NCBI GenBank assembly: GCA_001643675.2
Contig: LSRY02000064.1
Coordinates: 248,001-312,000, forward strand
Source: Monocercomonoides exilis PA203
Lineage: Eukaryota; Protista; Preaxostyla
DNA length: 64,000 bases
Reading direction: 5' to 3'
Part shown: positions 34,643-48,565 of the stretch, one piece after another
Numbering within the stretch: position 1 is the stretch's first letter
Layout of the letters: every line of letters begins with the position of its first letter
Notes under the pieces: generated by a model
Databases searched by the model: none
The model's input: only the letters and a program-made list of their open reading frames with translations
Told to the model about the DNA's origin: nothing
Position numbers and translations under genes: made by a program

Positions 34643-37350
34643 TTATGAGTCTTTATCTGGAGGGATGTAGTACTCGAAGGTTGGGACGGAGGATTTGGAA
34701 GAGAGGCTGGAGGAAGACTTTGTTGTCGATTTGGCAGAGCTTGTTATGCTTCGTTGGGTTGATCTGACTGACGATGGAGACGCGGTTGCAGGCCTTGAAG
34801 AAGGATGAGGAGATGAAGGAGAAGAAGAAGGAGGAGAAAATGGTGGGTAAGAAGATGGAGGATAAGGTGATGGAGGATAAGATGATGGAGGATAAGGTGA
34901 TGGAGGGTATGAAGATGGAGGGAAAGGTGGTTGATAAGGCGAGGAATAAGGCGGAGAATAAGGAGGATAAGAAGAAGACGGATAAGGTGGAGGGTTAGTA
35001 GATGAGGGATATGAAGATGAGGGATAAGAAGGAGGATAAGAAGGAGGATAAGAAGGAGGATAAGAGATTGGAGAAGAAGAAGGGAATGTTTGCAGAGAAG
35101 AGCTCTGATGAGAAAGTTGATGAGGCATCTGAGGAGAATGAAGACTTACGAGAGAAGAAGGACCATAGGGAGCAGCATATGTATGTTGCTGATGGGGCAA
35201 AGGAGGAAGACGAGAAGGTTGTGACGGAGGCAAAGAAAATGAATAATCAGAAGCAGAAACAGAAGCAGGAGCGGGATTATACTCAGAATAGGGCACAAAT
35301 GAATCACCTGGCAGTGCAGACGGAGTTGGGGGCTTGTCAAAGGAGAGCGGAGAAAATGCATATTGAGGCTGAGCTGCAGTTCGTTGTGCGCTCTTGCTGG
35401 GTAGCACAGTGCGGGAGATGGTTGAAGCGCTGGGGTCTGCTTGCAGCGGGATAAATGCCTTGTATTGAAGGCTGCTGGCAGAAGGGCTGAATGCACTGGA
35501 GGGAGCGGGGGAATGTGGGGGAGTGCCTGTGAGTGAAGAAGAGCGGGTGAATGAGGCATTTGTCGAGGCTGCTGCGGTTTGTGGTCTCTTTTCTGGTGCT
35601 GGTGAAGAAGGCGCTGGCTTTTGTGGGCTGCTTGCTGGAGTCCTTTGAGGAGTCTTTGGCTTTGGCTGGGGAGGCGGCGGTGGCTTTTTGATGATGTTCT
35701 TTTCTTGCAAGAATTCTAGTCATGAACATTCACGAGCATGATCATATATAAGCATTTTATTAATATCATCATCATCATCATTTTATCATAAGTTCATATA
35801 TCCAAATTCAAGCAGAAAATAAAAAAAAATCAAAGATAGGTTATAATGTTGAGCATAAACTGCGTTCATTCATAAAAAAACAAGCAATTGCCACACCAAT
35901 TATCGACGACCGCAGGCCTTTGTCGAGCACAACGTGTTTTTCAACATCCTTTTCGGTGATGGCTTCGAAGGTGTCTGGCCAATGGCCGATCTCTCGCACA
36001 AAGAGCAGAAGCTCGTCGAGATCACACACACTTCCTCCGGGTGTGCAAACAGGCTCTCTCATAATCTGAGGGTGGTGGGGTTATTAGTGGGGCATTGTCA
36101 CACAAGTTAAAAAAAGAAAGAAAGAAAGAAATTAATAAATAAATAAATACATAAATACATAAATAAGAAAATGAAAATGAATAAATTGGATGAACATTCA
36201 AATTTTTGAAATTAGAACAGAGAGAAAGATGGAAAGGAGTTTATTTAATCAGACAATTTTTCATATAAATGTAGCATAAAATATATCAAGAAATAATTAA
36301 TAAAAAAACATTATTGGTTCCAGGGAAAAAAAATATCAAACCTTACGAGAAATGCTGCATAAAAAGCCTAAATCGTCCATTTCTTGAAGTATAGAAATGT
36401 CGTTAACTTCTGGTATAACTTTTAATCTTACGTGATTATTGTTTATAGGCTTTTCTTGATGAACTGGTGCAGAAAAAGAACTTGAAGAAGCAGTTTTGTA
36501 TTTATTGAGAAGTCTCTCGGAAGAATTTGGAGCTTCCTCTACTTTGTCTTCGTAGACGTCGTCACCCTTAAGTTCTTTTGCATTTTTAGACATCAAATCA
36601 CTTCCACCTTGATCAATTATTGTGATTTTTATGTTCTCAACATCATCAATAATTACTGCTGACTGTGGTTGCGTTTCGACAATAAAAAATAGAATAATCT
36701 CATCTTTTATGCATAATGGAATTGTGCTGTACTCTGCCAGCGCATAAAAGTTTTTAAGGGCTTGCTTTATGCTTCAGAAAAAGAAGCAGATGTAAAACAC
36801 TTTTAAAAAAAAGACTTCTTTCAAACTCAGTTTCTGAAAATGTCATGTTTTGGTTTGTTTTTTCGGCAGGGGAAAAGGTTAAAGAATTTGCCTTTGGGAT
36901 GTGCTTGGCTGTTATCTTCACTATTGACTGTTCTGACAGCGAAAGATAGTTCATCATCTGTACAAATTCATTTAAAATGTGAATTTTCAAGTTTCCAAAA
37001 GATTTCATACCCAAAATGGAAGGTAAACTTCGTTAGGCTTCGCAGCAAGTCCGAGACATCCAGAGTAAACTGATTGCTTAGTCTCACAATTCTGGATTTC
37101 AAAAGATATTGTTTTGTCGTATACGAAAGGCAATAACAAATTTAATTCATCGTTTGAAGGAAGATAAACTGTTGATAAATCAAATATATATTCAAATTTA
37201 TTTCTAAATATTGATCAATATACTGCTTCCAGTTTGTTCGTTTTCATGTAAATCTACACAGGCAAAAGAAACGGCTGAATAATATCTTTCAAATTTGTCG
37301 TTATCACTTCCTTCCTGAGCTTCATCATGGGATGAACTGTTTAAGTCCAT
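34643..37350 (-). CDS. UFD1 N-terminal (UT3)-like domain + U-box + Pro/Ser/Tyr-rich tail protein, multi-exon
   Basis: Spliced translation gives FERYYSAVSF...IYLPS...SFEIQN...SVYSGCLGLAAKPNEVYLPFWMMNYLSL...QALKNFYAL...FFIVETQPQSAVII (UFD1-like). This is followed by FLCSISRKIMREPVCTPGG...WPDTFEAIT...LRSSIIEFL (U-box), then PPSY repeats. Confidence 0.8.
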
Positions 37351-37516
37351 CGATTTAGAAAAAATTATGAAAAAGGAAATTATTATATAAAACACAAAAG
37401 AAATCTCTGTCAAAAACTTGAGAAAAAAATTAAATATTAGAATAATTCGAATTAATAAAGAAATGAACAATTACTTGATCGCAAAAAAAAAATAACGCCC
37501 AATATATTTTTTGAAA

Positions 37517-38388
37517 ATGAGGTTGATCGTTCAAAAAGTTTCTCATGCATCTGTTCAAGTGGCTGATAAAATCGTTGGTTCGATCGGCAAAGGTGTAATG
37601 GTTTTGGTTGGAATTGCAGATGATGATGATGAAAAGGTTGGAAAGGAAAAATTATGAATTATATTCATTTATTTATAAGCGAATATGTTTTTAAACACAA
37701 AACATAAGGATGCGGAATACGTTTGCAAAAAGTTGCTTAAACTTAGGATTTTTGAAGACGAAGGAGCTGTTTGTTTTGAAATTTCATAAATTTTACCATT
37801 TTTTAAAAATATTTTTTCAAAGTTTTGGAAGAAATCAGTTGTTGAAATTGATGGAGAAATTCTTCTTGTATCTCAATTTACACTTTTTGCAAATTTATCG
37901 AAACGTATGTGTTTCGGATTTTTTTTCAAATAAAATTCTTATCTATCTCTTTCTAAATGAATGATTGTAAAGCAAAACCAGATTTTCACCACGCAATGGT
38001 CGCAGAGAAATCTAGACCATTTTTCAACGCTTTTGTAGATAAAGTTAGAGCGTCATATAAATCTGACAAAGTTCAAAGTTTGACAGTAATATTTGTTTAA
38101 TTTAATTTTAATAACAAACTGTTTTTCCGTATAGCTGGAGAATTTGGGGCTTTTATGGAAGTTTCCTTAACAAATATTGGACCAATTACCATTATCATAG
38201 ATTCAAAAGAAAAAAGTGGAAGCAGCAAGGCACAACCGTCTCCTCTTCCTTCTCCTGTGGCATCTGTCTGTGGGTCTCAACTTTTGAATAATAAAAAAGC
38301 TAGCGATGTTTCTTCAAACAAAAAAGATGAAACGGAAAAACCTTCATCATCTTCAACTCCTTCTGATGATGCAAAGAAAATGGATTAA
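37517..38388 (+). CDS. DTD1: D-aminoacyl-tRNA deacylase (introns 37637-37708, 37769-37822, 37905-37972, 38078-38134)
   Basis: MRLIVQKVSHASV...IGKGVMVLVGI, SQFTL, KPDFHHAM and TGEFGAFMEVSLTNIGPIT. All four splices keep frame. Confidence 0.95.
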
Positions 38389-39428
38389 ATTGGAATTTAT
38401 TAGATGATATTTCCATTTGATGATTATTTTCATTTTTTGAACATTGAAATAACAAAGGTGTATTTTACAATGAGATTTTGTTTCATTTTGAAAAATGCTT
38501 CAATTGATGCAAATATGCATTCAAAAAGTCACTTTTATTTTCAAAGTGAAGATTTTTGGGTATGATTTCTGTAAGATTGAAATAGATTAGCATTGGATGT
38601 CAAATCCAGTCTTTGTTCTTCCTGAATTCGAAATACAATGTTAATTTTGTGTTCCATCAGAAAATCCTTTTTGAAAATTCATTTGACAAAGGTTCAATTG
38701 TGTGAAAGTGGAGAATAAAATATTTTGATACAAGTATCTTCAAACAAAAAATGAGTTAAAGACGAAGATGATTTCAAATGAAATTGAAGAACTTTGGATG
38801 GCGATGCATTAACAATGTGAAAGAAGAGTATGTATTTGATTCGTATAAATAATGATTCTCTTGATTGGATGAAACGCTTCATCATTGCGATCCTCTCAAA
38901 CTGAGATTCATAATCCATTGAGAAGCATACAATAATTGAAGGAATGAGAAAAATAGCTTCTCTGAAAGGTGAAGAAGAGTGATAAAATGGAAAACGAGTA
39001 GAAGAAGGGGTAATGTGAATGAAAATTAAAGTGTCATTCATCTTTCATAAGAAAAAAGAAAAATTCTTTATGTTATCCTTAATCTTTTTGAGAGCTGTAA
39101 AAAAATAAAACAAAGATAATAAATGGAGCTTTGAAACTTTCAATGATAATGAAGTGACAAAATATAATTAAAAAACGTAAAACACAAATACAACTTATTA
39201 AATTACTTTTTTTTTCAGAGATTTACAAATAAGACAAATGAAAGAAATAATAACCATGTAAATTGTTGTTGAATGAAAATCTCATAAATTTCAATCAGAA
39301 CTTTTCCCGCTTTTTAATGCGCGCATTCTCTTAAAATGTAATGAAAAAGTGTTTCAATACAGCTCACTAAATTCCATGATAATAACTTCATTTTCAATTT
39401 CTCGTGTTGAGCCACTTCGAAGTGTATA

Positions 39429-40407
39429 TCATTTATTTTTTGACGTAGTTGTAAGAACTACAATCAAAACAATTACAACAATTAAAATTAGTACAATGAC
39501 AATTCCTATGATTATCAGCTAATGAAGGAAAATTCATTTTAAATATTTAATAGTTAAAAAGGCAGTTGTCAATTAATCGAGCCTAATACCTTGATCCATT
39601 TACTTCTCATTGTTGATTTTATGCCTTTTGACTTTTTCGCAAAATCAGATGCTGAGCCAGCCAAATCATCTGAAATTATTATTTTGAGTATAAATGAATG
39701 AAAGAAAAATTAATTCGAGAACTTTACTCTTTGAAATTTTTCATACTTGATTTTTCTTCAAGAGACTCTAACTTTTCCTATTCATTCAAATGAAATAGTT
39801 TATAAAAAGCTTGTTTAAATCAAAATTATAATATTATCATGTTACCTGTCTATCAAGTATTTTTAAAACATTTTCATCCATCTTTTGTTTTGTTTCTTCA
39901 ACTTGTCTCGTAACCTAACAAAATATATATATTTTTAAAAACGCTTGAAAGTCAAAGCTCCACAAATTAAACCTTCATCATCCTGTCTGCTGATCCATCG
40001 CAATATGCAACAGCCATTTCTTCAAGAAGTGGCTGCCCTTCTCTCATTAATCCATTTTTCGCTAATCCCCGTATGGCTATGGGATTAAATCGAGATGCAA
40101 AAGTCTTTTTCATCTCTGTAAAAAGTGATGTTGCAAGTTGAGCTGGAAACTGCCTGTCTGTCACAGCGAAATACAAGAAAACGTCATCCCTCGAGTAATA
40201 TATTACCATTGAAGAGTCATCATCCGTTATCATATAACTTTTATTTCTGACAAATGCATCGTTTGCAACAAGTTGTTCAATCGTTTCCAAATGAAGAGAA
40301 CCTTGTTTTGCTGGAATTCGAATATGATGATAACAAAGTATGACCCTTTGAGCGGGAAATTCATTAAAACGTCCGACTACCAAAGATTGAAGATGATTTG
40401 ATGCCAT
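39429..40407 (-). CDS. VAMP7: Longin R-SNARE, VAMP7-like, 4 introns
   Basis: Longin domain (YFAVTDRQFPAQLA...FTEMKKTF), SNARE motif VTRQVEETKQKMDENVLKILDRQEKLESLEEKS, and C-terminal TM LIIIGIVIVLILIVVIVLIVVL. Confidence 0.85.
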
Positions 40408-40635
40408 ACAAAAGATTTATGAAGTGTTTTGCGAAATGAAAATCTTTATAATGGTCTGTCCCTTCACTCATAAATATAAAATAACAAATAAAAATTGACA
40501 TGGTTCAATAAAAAAGAATACGAATATACGAAAAAACATAAAAGGACAGAACATGAGAAATGAGTCAATAACTTTTAAATACATAAATTCTTAAAATCCA
40601 GTTTAAACGCATTACAATTTAAATGTGGTATTCTG

Positions 40636-42200
40636 TCAACATCTCCATTTTTTCCCGCATTCTAAGCATGTTACAAATACGGTCATAGGTTCATCAGATG
40701 ACCTTGTCTGCTTTTGGTAGAAGGTGCACCTCCATTTCTTGCATCTGGAACATTGAAATTCAGCTGTTTCCGCTCCCTGAGAGTAATGTTGTGAAAAAGT
40801 TAGTGGGAACAATTAAAAAAAGTTGAAATAAAAGAATATATTTCAGAATGAAATGTAAATTTCCATAGGACATTCATATATATATGTATGTATATTCAAA
40901 AAAAAATCGAGATAATAATCTCAAGTTTCAATTTCGAATTTATTAATACACTTTTTCATTTTCCTCCGACAAATTTTCTCCACACACAAAATAAACACAC
41001 CTCAATCAACCCGACCATTGCGTCCTTTTCCGCCTCCTTCAGCCACTTCTCTCTCTCTTTCTTGAGCGACTCTGGTGCCAACTCCAAGTGTGTCATCTTT
41101 CCGAAGTCTTGTGGAGACATTAGCCCTTCAATAAGATCCAGTGTTGTTTGCGGGGTGCGCTCCAGGTGGAGCACAAGGTTTGTGTAGCGCGAGCGATATT
41201 CCCCGGTTCGCAGCGTGGGGTCATTGCTCGCAATGAACATGGCTGAAAAATAGCAATTATTCGGATTAAAATATCACATTATTTAAATTAGAAATAAAAT
41301 TTCAAGTTTTTTTTGTGAGAAAAAATAAAAGAAGGATTTCATCACAAGCTCTGAATCAATACCTTCTTCAATTTCATCAGCGATGTTTGTAAGCAGGTCC
41401 ATTGGCTGTGAAGTATGTTTTGCCATTCGTTCAGCAAACCGTTTGACAGCATTCATTCTGTACTCTATAAATTTCACATGGTGCAAAACAATAAATATTT
41501 TAAAAAAAAAATGAATAATGTTTAAATAATGAATATTTACCATTTCTGGTTATTGGTGTTTGATGCATGTCAGATGGAGTAGTTGATGTTGAAGGGAAAA
41601 TTAGGCCTGGGGAAGGTGTTTGAGATGGAGTTACGTGTGTTGGAGAATGTAAAACAGTCGGAGAAGATCCAATAGGTTGCGTCTGCGCAACAGATGTAGA
41701 AGAAGGCTTACTGCTTCCTTGATTCTGTGTTTTCACAACAGATTGTTTAAGTGTAGCCTTTTTTGCTTGTTCTAATTGATATGCTTTCCATTTTGCAAAC
41801 ACTATTTCTCCCTGCTCTTTAATTTGCGCGTTTTGATGTCTTGATAATGTTCTCAAATAAAGGCCAAATTTTGATTCCTGAATTGTTGAATAAAAAATTG
41901 GTTTATTTCAAGAAGATTATTTAAATATGTTAGAATTTCTTTTTTTTGAATTATAAAGAAGTGTAAAACTTTCAAATTTTCTGCACTTGTATTACATGTT
42001 TCTAATTTCTTTAGTATTGATAATGCTTGAGGAATATTCTGTTAAATAGCGAAATAAGAAAGCATTATTCAAAATTGTTCAAATAAAGCCAATAATCTCA
42101 ATAATCCTCATGAAAACTCGCAAACAAGTGATTTTTCGCTCAAAGAATCTTCAAGTTCTTGCTTATACCTGAGTAACTCTTCGAGGGTCAGAGAATTCAT
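40636..42200 (-). CDS. TFIIS: Transcription elongation factor S-II, multi-exon
   Basis: N-terminal domain (ALSILKKLE...[11 protein letters not shown]...AKWK), central [13 protein letters not shown], and zinc ribbon [24 protein letters not shown]. Confidence 0.93.
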
Positions 42201-42264
42201 TTAATGATCAAGTATCCTTTTATAAGATTTATGATTAATAATAAATATTGTTAATATAATTTTT

Positions 42265-43067
42265 ATGACTGAGACAGACACTGGATTTCTTCTTAAACTG
42301 ACATGTGAAGTGAAAAATGAATTAGAGGCAATGGGAAAAAAGAAAGGTGGAAAAGTCGGAGCTGATTGGATTAGAATGTCTCATTCTCAAGCGAATTATG
42401 TTCCGTTTTCTGTTATAACCAATATATGTGCAGAAATGTTCGGTGCAAAAAATCTTGAAGAAGGTAGAAATTGGATGGCATACGTTCTAGATCACAGTGT
42501 ACTTGTTCAACCTGCAAAAGAGGTTTGAACACATTTTTCTTTCATTAGATTGTATTGTTTATTTTTTGAAAAGGAAAAACCATTAACAGTTCAAGAAAAA
42601 GCGGAGATAAAAGCTGCCAACAGGGAATATGCACGCATGGTGGGAAACATTGGAATGGTAAGCAATTTTTTCTTTCTCATAAATGTTAACATTTTTAAAA
42701 GTCTCCATATGAAGATGATGAACCTAATAAATCTTTTATTAGAGAATTATCTGACACTATATTTTTTTTATGGAAAATTGTTGGACCTATTTTATCTGTG
42801 ATTGCAGTTTTTCTTGCGGTGTTTTGGGTTCTTTACAATACTCACAGATACTCAAAGAAAGAACAAGTTACTTATTCGACAATAGCTGCATTTATTGCAG
42901 CATTTGCAGAAATTGGACTAGCAGTGATTCGTTGTGGAAGGAAGAAACGAATTGAAGAAAGAAAAGAAAGAAAGAAAAAGGCCAAACAAATTATCATGAG
43001 TAAGGATGTTGTTTCAACAAAATTGTCTGAAAAGGATATGAAAACGGGGAAATTGAAAGATGAGTGA
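42265..43067 (+). CDS. ER V-ATPase assembly factor Vma12/TMEM199-like
   Basis: KAANREYARMV motif, two hydrophobic segments, and a C-terminal KLKDE (KxKxx ER-retrieval signal). Confidence 0.65.
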
Positions 43068-44106
43068 TAAAGAGAATTGAGTATTTAACATTTCATTATT
43101 CTTATTGTTTGATGTGTTAGATTTAGATGAAAACAATTAAGATTTTTGAGTAACTTAGAAAAAGTGATCAGAATAAAATAATAGAATGAGAATTGTGGAT
43201 TTCCAGATTCTTTTTTTAATAATTATTAAATTGTATTCAGTATGACTTCTGAAAAATCAATGAGTAAAATCTTAACTTTTTCTCAAAAGAAAACATCGCG
43301 TTCATCTTCAACAATTTTCTCTATCTTTTCAAAGATTTGAAATTATGAAAAAATTCGATTCAGCTTTGTTTTGAAGAATCAAGAATTGATTTTTCAAAAT
43401 GGAACAATAATCTTTTTCATTTATTGATTAAAGCATGTGAAGTCTATATTGTTTTCATCCATGTGCAATCACTTTATTCAAAATGCACATGCCCTCCTTG
43501 CACTGTTTGCAAAAAGACATAAAAAAACAAATAAATAAACAATTTTTTTTTTGATTTTTTGATCACTTCACATGAAAATAAACAAAAACATAAAAGAATA
43601 TCGATACAAAAACAAAAGAAAAATATCTCAAAAAAAAGAATGAACCAGAAACCACTAATGAAATAAAATACATGCAATACCAACAGTCAAGCAGAAATAT
43701 CATTTAGTCTTCAATATTGCATATAAATGTTTATAAAGCAATCACTTGTAAATAATAAAATTACAGTGCAAAATAACACATCTTTAACATAAATTACATT
43801 ATTATTATATCAAAAAGCAAAAGAGAAACAATATGATTATACAAAATAAAGAAAGAATTAGATATTTATTAAACATAAATTCTTTGAAATGCTATCGATT
43901 ATAAATAAATAAACATTTAAGATACTATTGCAAATATCAAACGAAAAATCAACACTCGACTGTGTTTAACAAAAACGTGAAAATTATCTCAAAATTAGCA
44001 AATATTCAAAAATGAAAGTTCAACATTTCGATAAATATTTACAATTTAAAAAATATAACATAATTCTTGAATAATTCAGAAAAATAATCGAAATACAAGC
44101 ACAATT

Positions 44107-47100
44107 TTACAAAGATCTCATACAATCTGCAATTTGCATGCGCCTCAAATACGACAGCGGTGCAGAGGTAGACAAATATCCCAGCAGCATTGAAATAAAA
44201 ACCAGCACAATCAGCGTCACATATGGGAAATAAAACTCAGCCTGGCCAGCTTCCATCAACTGTGTTATCTGAGAAGTTATCATGTACGACGAGACCATCC
44301 CTGAAATCACCCCCATCACCGCAGCAGCCATCACCAAGATAAACGCCTCTTCAATGAAGACCCTCCGCGTCTGGAACTGCGACATCCCCATCGACCGCAT
44401 CATCCCGTAGTCCTTTTTGGATGACAGCACATTCGACGACATGGCAGCAACAAGCGAGCACTCCCCGAGAAAGCTCATAAACAGAGCACCAAACGCAAAT
44501 GCAGAACGCAGCAACGTGTCCATCAGAACGAATCCTTCATTGAAATCCTTCTTCGTCCAGATATACGCACCATATGTTGTGCTGCTACTTGAAGCAAATA
44601 GAGATGAAGATATTTCATTGTCTTGTCTTGTTAATGATTCACTTTCAAATGTCTTTATGAGAGAACTAGGTTTTCTGGGATCATATAAGGACGAAGCAGC
44701 AATGCCATCTGTATTTATGTTTCGTCTCATTATTTCTTCATTGGAAAATTCCAAAAATTCTTCGCTCACATAACGATTAAAATTCGCATTTGACGTGTTT
44801 TGAGATGAGGCAGCAGTATCAAAGAAAGTTGCTTGAGAAGAAGGTTCAACAGCATGTGAAAGAGATGCTAGATTATTGGAACGATGTTCTTTTAATTTGA
44901 GTCCCAAGCCATCAGTTCTCGAAGAAGCTGCTCCTTTCTTGTACTTCACGTTAACAGACATGACAATGATGTCATCAAAAGCGGATGACGCAAACACACC
45001 GTTTATGCTTTCAATTGCCTCAGACATAAATGGAAAAGAGACAGGCATAAAAGAGGCAGTTGGGCTGTCCACAAATAAATAAGAGCGTGGCATCGGCATT
45101 GACGAGACAAACGCACCAATTGTCAGATTTTTGAAAATAGACGACAGCGAAATAGAATTTATCTTTCCATTAGCATCTTTGTTCTCTTTCTTGATTGACT
45201 CTTTGTCTATCTCATTGAAAAGTGTGTTCGAATAGAATGGCAAGTAATAAGATGCCACTGCACTGAGATTCTTCGTCATCACATATCTGTCACCCAAATT
45301 AGACCGCAGCTGCTTTTTGAAGTTTTTAGGCACAATCGCCATTGGCAAGTCATAATAGTCTGCATACAGCTGCTTGATGATGTCGTCGCCTGTTAGTTTC
45401 TCTTTGTCGTTCAACGTCGATTCGATATGCCAGACTTTCTCGTCTGTTGACTCTTTGAAAGTGGGAGAAGTCGCCACCAGATCGAACAAGCTTTGGTGTG
45501 AGCGTCCTCGGTTCGTCATCATCACGCTGGCTTCTTTCCCTCCTTGTTGCGATGACAGGCTTCTGCCTGTGTATGAGAATGTCTCAATCACGTCTTTGTA
45601 CTCGTCTAACAAATCTTGAACCCATGTCAAGTCTTTTATCTTCATTCCATCATCAACAGCAATATTCTTTATAAGCGGAGGCGGGAAGAAAATAGAACCG
45701 TTCCAATTCTCGTAATCACGGAATATTGAACTACTTCCATACGTGTAAGGTTCAACGCACAGATCACATGCATAATGCTGATATTCTGATGCCTTCAATG
45801 TGTTCATAAGTGTGCTTGTGATGATATCCATTGAAAACACAAAGCACAGAATCAGCGCAAACATAATAGTCGTCCCTCTGTTTCTCAGTCTGTGCAAACT
45901 GAGGTTTTTTGCTGCCATTTTCCGAACCGCTTTTTTCTCCCAGAAAAGAAACACTGTTGCCACAATTGTTTCAAAAATGTATTCAAAATTCACACAAATC
46001 AGCACCAGCGCTGTCATCACGCAGATCACCAGCCCAATCAGCAGCACTATCATCAGCGCCATGTTTCCAGCCGCCAGCGAATAGGGGAAGAGCAAATACA
46101 CACACGCTCCAATCACTGTCAAGATTAGACCATCAACAAGCAGAGTATACGAAGAGTGGACAGAATCACTTCGCTCGATAGTGATAAGCACTGCAGACGT
46201 GTTCGTGTGCTGCACATCGATCGCATCATGCAGATTTGTTGACAGTGCTGTCTGAATTGGGAAGAATGAAGCAACCAGCGTCGAACCCAAAACAACAAGA
46301 ATCGTCAAAATCACAGACCACATAGAAAGCATAACACTCAGGTGCATATCTGAATCCTTTGTTATTCCGTGTATAATCGCCACATTAATCCCCTGAGCTC
46401 CAATAATTCCTATTATGATTCCAGGCACAGCAAACGTGAAGGCTTGTATCACAATCAGCATCACCACGCCGAACCTGCCCATTCCATGCACACGCATCAG
46501 CCCCAGCTCGTAAGCTCTTCCTTCGACCGACCGCTGGATCTGCGAGTAAATGATCAAGACTGTAATGACCAGGAGGATTACAACCATCATGCCCATTGAC
46601 ATAAGCATGACCTCGTCAAAGGACGTGTCAGACTCTGGCATCATTTTCAAATCTGCGTATAGCTCTGCAAAATACAGTGCATAAAGTATGTTCATAGACC
46701 AAGAGTTTAATTTTCTGTTGAGTGTTCAAGTTGATGATTTTTATTCGTGTAGAGAAAAAAAGTGTGTAAAAATATGTTTTCAAGAATATTTACTGCAAGT
46801 TCAATGATCACACTTAGTTGTAATTGTGCTGTCTGTATATAAATAGGTTTTATTTCTCGGAACCTGGCATGCACAAACAATCTCTGAAGCATAATCATTC
46901 ATATTTGCTTCTAGAAAATGATCTTTTTTAACAATTTCAAATAATTCAGGTGGCAAATTATCGACAATCTGAAATGAATAGGAGGATAAGAGCAAAGAAC
47001 AAATTGAAAAGAATAATGTTACAAAAATTCTATAAAAGCAAAAATAATAATAATAATAATAATAATCATACGTGTTCCCACACATTGTCTATTTCAGCAT

Positions 47101-48355
47101 ATATCGTAGCCGAACCATATCGATCTTTGTCATTTTTTTGTACCTATCAATTGTCATCCGATAAAAATTAAAGAAAATTAGTGTTTTGAAAAAGGTACAT
47201 CGTTTTGTAAAAAAAAAAAAACAAAAAAGTTAATTTTAAAATGCATTTGCATGTCACATAATATGAAAGAAAAAATTAAATGCAAATATTCACTATGCTA
47301 AGCCACAAACCGCAGCTACTTCAAATGGAACAGAAAAATTCTGAAGAAGTTTCACAGCTTCAAGCAAACGATTGGGTTCGTATTTCTTAATAACATCAAA
47401 AGCTATAGGTGATAACTGTGACATATTCAAGCGCAAATTTACAACACTACCGGTAGTCCAAGAACTTGAACTATAAGTAGGTTGATCAACTATGATTTTT
47501 CCTTTGGGTATAGAGTCATAATTATTCTTCCAGCCAAGGTCATATTTTTCCTAAATTACAGAAATTGAAATAAAACGAAAAATGTAATTTGTTCGTGTTG
47601 AAAGAAAAATGAAAAATTTTTTAATAATTTATGCATTGATTATAGAAATTCGTTAGAAGCATACTTCTAGCCTGCTATTAATTGCCTTGAAACCTGCAGG
47701 TAAAAAATAATTAGAAATTGACGCATATAAGTAATTTGTTGATACACGAGGAGTGCACATTGAATACTGTTATCAAGTCAACGTTTCATAAATTACAATT
47801 TCCAACAAAAATTCAAACTTCTTCTCCAAGTGGATCAAGGATTTCTTTTGCACGTGTAGCATTCAACCCAGAACTTTCAGTTCGCAAAGCAGGCTTAATT
47901 AGTAAATCACCATCGGAAAAATGCATAGATAACGATGAAAATTTCATTTCGGGCTGCTTTGTGGCAAGGTTCAGCACAATAGGAATAATCAAACTTACAA
48001 GCAAACATCTAATCAAGAAAAGTGTCGCTTTTAAACGTAAATTAATAATTGAAGTCAAACCCAACAACACCCCAACAAAAACTACATTTGTTGTGCTTCA
48101 TCTCTCTCCAACTTTGTGAAATATAAAATCGTAAATAAGCGCATGCAACTTTTCCTTGACTTTTATCTTCTTTAACAGGTCTATATAAAGTCATTGTGCT
48201 CAATGAATACTTCTTTGAAAAAAAGGCTGATTATAATAAATAATATTTGGATCAAAAATTAATTGATCGATTGATTTTTTTAACAAGGAATAAACAATTG
48301 TGAAAATAAGACAAACAATATTAAAATTTTTTGCATTGGTTACGAAAGCAAACAT
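44107..48355 (-). CDS. FtsX/MacB-like ABC permease, duplicated-domain type, multi-exon; 5' end uncertain
   Basis: Two FtsX signatures (RAYELGLMRVHGM and KKDYGMMRSMGMSQFQTRRVFIEE), KNLSLHRLRNRGT, about 10 TM segments, and N-terminal SWREMKHNK. Confidence 0.8.
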
Positions 48356-48519
48356 GCGACTTTTTCCGTTGAACAACTTTTTTTTTAGTTATCCCCTGTT
48401 AAAACAAAACAAATTTTTGATGATATATTAAATCATTTTGATATGCTTTTTGAATTTTTAAAATCAACATCTGCGTTACCTTGAAAAAGGAAAGTTCGTT
48501 TCAGTCAGTGCCCGGAACC

Positions 48520-48520
<1 letters not shown>

Positions 48521-48564
<44 letters not shown>
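48521..48564. repeat. Poly-T tract (44 nt)
   Basis: Uninterrupted T run seen directly. Confidence 0.9.

Positions 48565-48565
<1 letters not shown>

Noticed and set aside
38694-39041. 115-aa minus-strand ORF between DTD1 and VAMP7
   Set aside because: No motif and intergenic-like composition. It could be a decayed fragment but cannot be supported.
3898-43067. Functional cluster of endolysosomal genes (Vps11, VAMP7, Vma12)
   Set aside because: They are spread over 40 kb among unrelated genes, which is consistent with chance.
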